Source of the DNA: an uncultured Bacilli bacterium
GTDB lineage: Bacteria; Bacillota_I; Bacilli_A; RFN20; CAG-288
Reading direction: 5' to 3'
Length of the DNA stretch: 64,000 nucleotides
NCBI GenBank assembly: GCA_934725685.1
Contig: CAKVBX010000004.1
Coordinates: 7,353 to 71,352, forward strand
Below are positions 61,645-64,000 of this stretch, in pieces (position 1 is the first letter of the stretch; every line of letters begins with the position of its first letter). Position numbers and translations under genes: made by a program. The notes under the pieces were generated by a model. The model searched no databases and was not told the origin of the DNA. It saw only the letters and a program-made list of their open reading frames with translations.

Positions 61645-63339
61645 ATGAAACCTGTCGATTTCTCTTCTGAGAAGAAAAATAACGATGAGTACATCATCCA
61701 GCTGAAAAATGTGACAAAGATTTTTGATGGCACAACCGTCATCGACAAGATGAATCTGAACATCAGAAAAGGTGAATTCGTAACGCTTCTCGGTCCGTCC
61801 GGCTGCGGTAAGTCCACGACGTTAAGAATGATTGCCGGTTTCGAAACTCCGGACAGCGGCGACATTCTCCTCTCCGGAAGAGACATCACACCGGTTCCGC
61901 CGAACAAGAGACCAATCAACACGGTTTTTCAGCATTACGCTTTGTTTCCGAACCTCGATGTCTATGACAATGTCGCCTTCGGCTTGAGAAACAAGAAGAT
62001 CCCTGTCGCCTTAAAGGACAAAGACGGCAACCCTGTCATGAAGGTCAACAAGGCCCAGGTCAAATATCTCCGTTCTCAGATCAAGCGTATCCAGAAAGAT
62101 AAGATTATAGATGCCACGGAAAAAGCCACTCGTCTCGAGGACTTGAGCACCAGATTGGATGAGGCGTTGAACACCCCCGTCCAAGCCTATAAATATAAGC
62201 ATCTCTCGGAAGAGGAAATCGATGAGAAGGTCGTCCGCGCCCTTTCCATCGTCGACCTCGACGAACTTGAAGACCGTGATATCTCCACGCTTTCCGGCGG
62301 TCAGCAGCAGAGAGTCGCCATTGCCCGTTCCATCATCTGCGAACCAGACATCCTTCTTCTCGATGAGCCACTCGGCGCCCTCGACCTGAAGATGAGAAAA
62401 GACATGCAGATTGAGCTCAAGGAAATGCACAAGAGACTCGGCATCACCTTCATCTACGTCACGCACGACCAGGAAGAGGCCCTCACCATGTCCGATACCA
62501 TCATCGTCATGAACAACGGCGTCATCCAGCAGATTGGTTCTCCGGAAGGTATCTACAACGAGCCGATAAATGCCTATGTCGCCGACTTCATCGGTTCCAG
62601 CAACATCTATAACGGTACGGTCATCGCGCCGAAGAAGGTCAGAATCCTCAATTCCAATTTCGAATGCGTCGATGACTTCCCCGTCAACGAGCGTGTCGAT
62701 GTCGTCATCCGTCCGGAAGACATCAAGCTCTCTTCCGAACCGAAAGACGGCTATATCCAGGGCAGAATCTCGGCCAAAGTCTTCAAGGGTATCCATTATC
62801 AGTATGTCATCATGGTCGGTCACGATGAAGTTCTCGCACAGTCCATCGACAACTACGACAGCAACAAGCCGATTTATCTAAGCATCCTTCCGGATGGTCT
62901 CCATCTCATGCACAAACAGGATGATATCAACATCTATACCGACTCCTATATCGGAAAGGACCACATGGTCTATATCGACGAACAGCCTTTCGAAGCCGAT
63001 CTCAGCAAACTCATTCCCAACTCCAAGGTCGATGAGGACGGCATCGTCACCTTCGACAAAAAACAGTACGATTTCGCCGATGCCGATGTCGTCTGCACCA
63101 TCAAGCCGACGGACATCCAGATCAGCGACGACACTTCCGAAGCACAGATCACCGGTCAGGTCATCAATTCCGTCTACAAAGGCGACCACTATGTCATCCT
63201 TGTCCGTAGCGAAGACGATGAGGACTTCTTAGTCTCCACCCCGGACACCTTCAACGAAGGCGACATCGTCGGTCTCCGTGTCCAGAAAGAGAACATCTCT
63301 CTCCGCCTGAAAGGAGACATGGCAGATTATGCGTTATAA
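61645..63339 (+). CDS. potA: Spermidine/putrescine ABC transporter ATPase PotA, enlarged form (565 aa)
   Basis: Walker A GPSGCGKST, Q-loop VFQHYALFP, LSGGQQQRVAIAR, LLLDEPLGALD, and VTHDQEEA. There are about 60 extra residues between GLRNKK and LSGGQ, and two consecutive TOBE-like C-terminal repeats. The start is at MKPVDFS (ATG 61645), behind AAAAAGGGGG. Confidence 0.85.
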   Translation: MKPVDFSSEKKNNDEYIIQLKNVTKIFDGTTVIDKMNLNIRKGEFVTLLGPSGCGKSTTLRMIAGFETPDSGDILLSGRDITPVPPNKRPINTVFQHYALFPNLDVYDNVAFGLRNKKIPVALKDKDGNPVMKVNKAQVKYLRSQIKRIQKDKIIDATEKATRLEDLSTRLDEALNTPVQAYKYKHLSEEEIDEKVVRALSIVDLDELEDRDISTLSGGQQQRVAIARSIICEPDILLLDEPLGALDLKMRKDMQIELKEMHKRLGITFIYVTHDQEEALTMSDTIIVMNNGVIQQIGSPEGIYNEPINAYVADFIGSSNIYNGTVIAPKKVRILNSNFECVDDFPVNERVDVVIRPEDIKLSSEPKDGYIQGRISAKVFKGIHYQYVIMVGHDEVLAQSIDNYDSNKPIYLSILPDGLHLMHKQDDINIYTDSYIGKDHMVYIDEQPFEADLSKLIPNSKVDEDGIVTFDKKQYDFADADVVCTIKPTDIQISDDTSEAQITGQVINSVYKGDHYVILVRSEDDEDFLVSTPDTFNEGDIVGLRVQKENISLRLKGDMADYAL

Positions 63340-64000
63340 AATCGCCCGGAAATCCCTCGCCATTCCGTTCGTCCTGTTTTTGATTCTTTTCGTCCTCATT
63401 CCGATTCTCTTCATCGTCTTCTATGCATTCACTGATGCCGAAGGCAATTTCACGATGGAGGCCTTCGTTTCCTTCTTCACTTCCCCCACAAAACTCAACG
63501 TTCTTCTGATTTCCATCCTCATCGGTCTCTTCAACACCGCACTCTGCTTACTCATCGGTTTCCCGTTGTCCTATCTCCTCTCCAACCCGAAGTTCAACAG
63601 AAACTATATGCTCGTCATGCTCTTCGTCATGCCGATGTGGATTAACTTCGTTCTGAGAACCGGCGCCTTGCGTGACCTTCTCTCCCTCATTCTCACCAGC
63701 ATGGGGTCCAGCACCGGTCAACATCCGCTCTTATGTACGATGATAGGAATGGTAATCAACTATCTCCCGTTCACTATCCTTCCTCTTTATTCCACTCTTC
63801 TCAAACTTGACAAGAGTCAGATTGAAGCGGCCAGAGACTTGGGATGCAACGGATTCCAGACTTTCATGAAAGCCATCATCCCTCAGGCAATGCCCGGCAT
63901 CATCTCTGCCAGCATGATGGTCTTCATGCCGACCATCTCTTCCTACGTCATCTCCGATACACTCAGTGAAGGCAAAATCATGCTCTTCGGAAACTCCATC
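63329..64000 (+). CDS. potB: Spermidine/putrescine ABC transporter permease PotB (5' part, runs off the right edge)
   Basis: My own translation gives MRYKIARKSLAIPFVLFLILFVLIPILFIVFYAFTD... and later the EAA-loop-like SQIEAARDLGCNGFQTF. It overlaps the potA end by 11 nt. Confidence 0.8.
   Translation, partial: MRYKIARKSLAIPFVLFLILFVLIPILFIVFYAFTDAEGNFTMEAFVSFFTSPTKLNVLLISILIGLFNTALCLLIGFPLSYLLSNPKFNRNYMLVMLFVMPMWINFVLRTGALRDLLSLILTSMGSSTGQHPLLCTMIGMVINYLPFTILPLYSTLLKLDKSQIEAARDLGCNGFQTFMKAIIPQAMPGIISASMMVFMPTISSYVISDTLSEGKIMLFGNSI

Noticed and set aside
1-64000. A search for CRISPR arrays, rRNA genes, IS elements or transposases, integrases, toxin-antitoxin pairs, restriction-modification genes or known defence genes.
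   Set aside because: I found no regularly spaced repeats, no recombinase or transposase motifs, and no nuclease/ATPase defence-type ORFs in any frame. The only horizontally acquired-looking DNA is the 32.6-35.5 kb island, which lacks mobility genes and flanking direct repeats that I could detect.

Overview
This 64-kb window is a chromosomal segment of a Bacillota-type genome. By eye it is about half G+C with strongly C/G-ending codons; nothing was computed. Gene order is typical of the Bacillus / Erysipelotrichia-Mollicutes-like lineage. The blocks are rpsB-tsf-pyrH-frr-cdsA-dxr-rseP, dnaE-polA-mutM/coaE, infC-rpmI-rplT behind an L20-type leader, ccpA-like/ezrA/nifZ/thiI, feoAB, rpsF-ssb-rpsR and potAB. 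I support about 60 protein genes, one tRNA-Glu(CUC), a perfect CIRCE operator, several sigma-A-like promoters and about 15 rho-independent terminators. I saw no CRISPR array, rRNA, transposase, integrase or prophage genes. Most of the window is housekeeping. The strongest candidate for something undescribed is a visibly low-GC two-gene insertion between upp and a MATE gene (32.6-35.5 kb). It encodes a secreted protein that reads as a ricin-type beta-trefoil, a PPC-like beta-sandwich and a His...Cys caspase/gingipain-like (clan CD) module with an unknown C-terminal domain, followed by an orphan lipoprotein. Other points worth a second look:
- an in-frame MutM-CoaE fusion
- a biotin-centred bioY / split Na+-oxaloacetate decarboxylase / birA / pckA cluster
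- tandem CIRCE operators on an hsp20 gene
- tandem mgtE paralogs
- a PotA with a large insertion and a duplicated C-terminal domain
- an orphan AT-rich spacer 3' of the tRNA carrying three exact Fur-box-like TGATAATGAT copies
- a small membrane ORF coupled to feoB
- a non-AUG infC start
- a DnaE lacking the N-terminal PHP histidines
All homology calls come from reading motifs in the translations, not from database searches.
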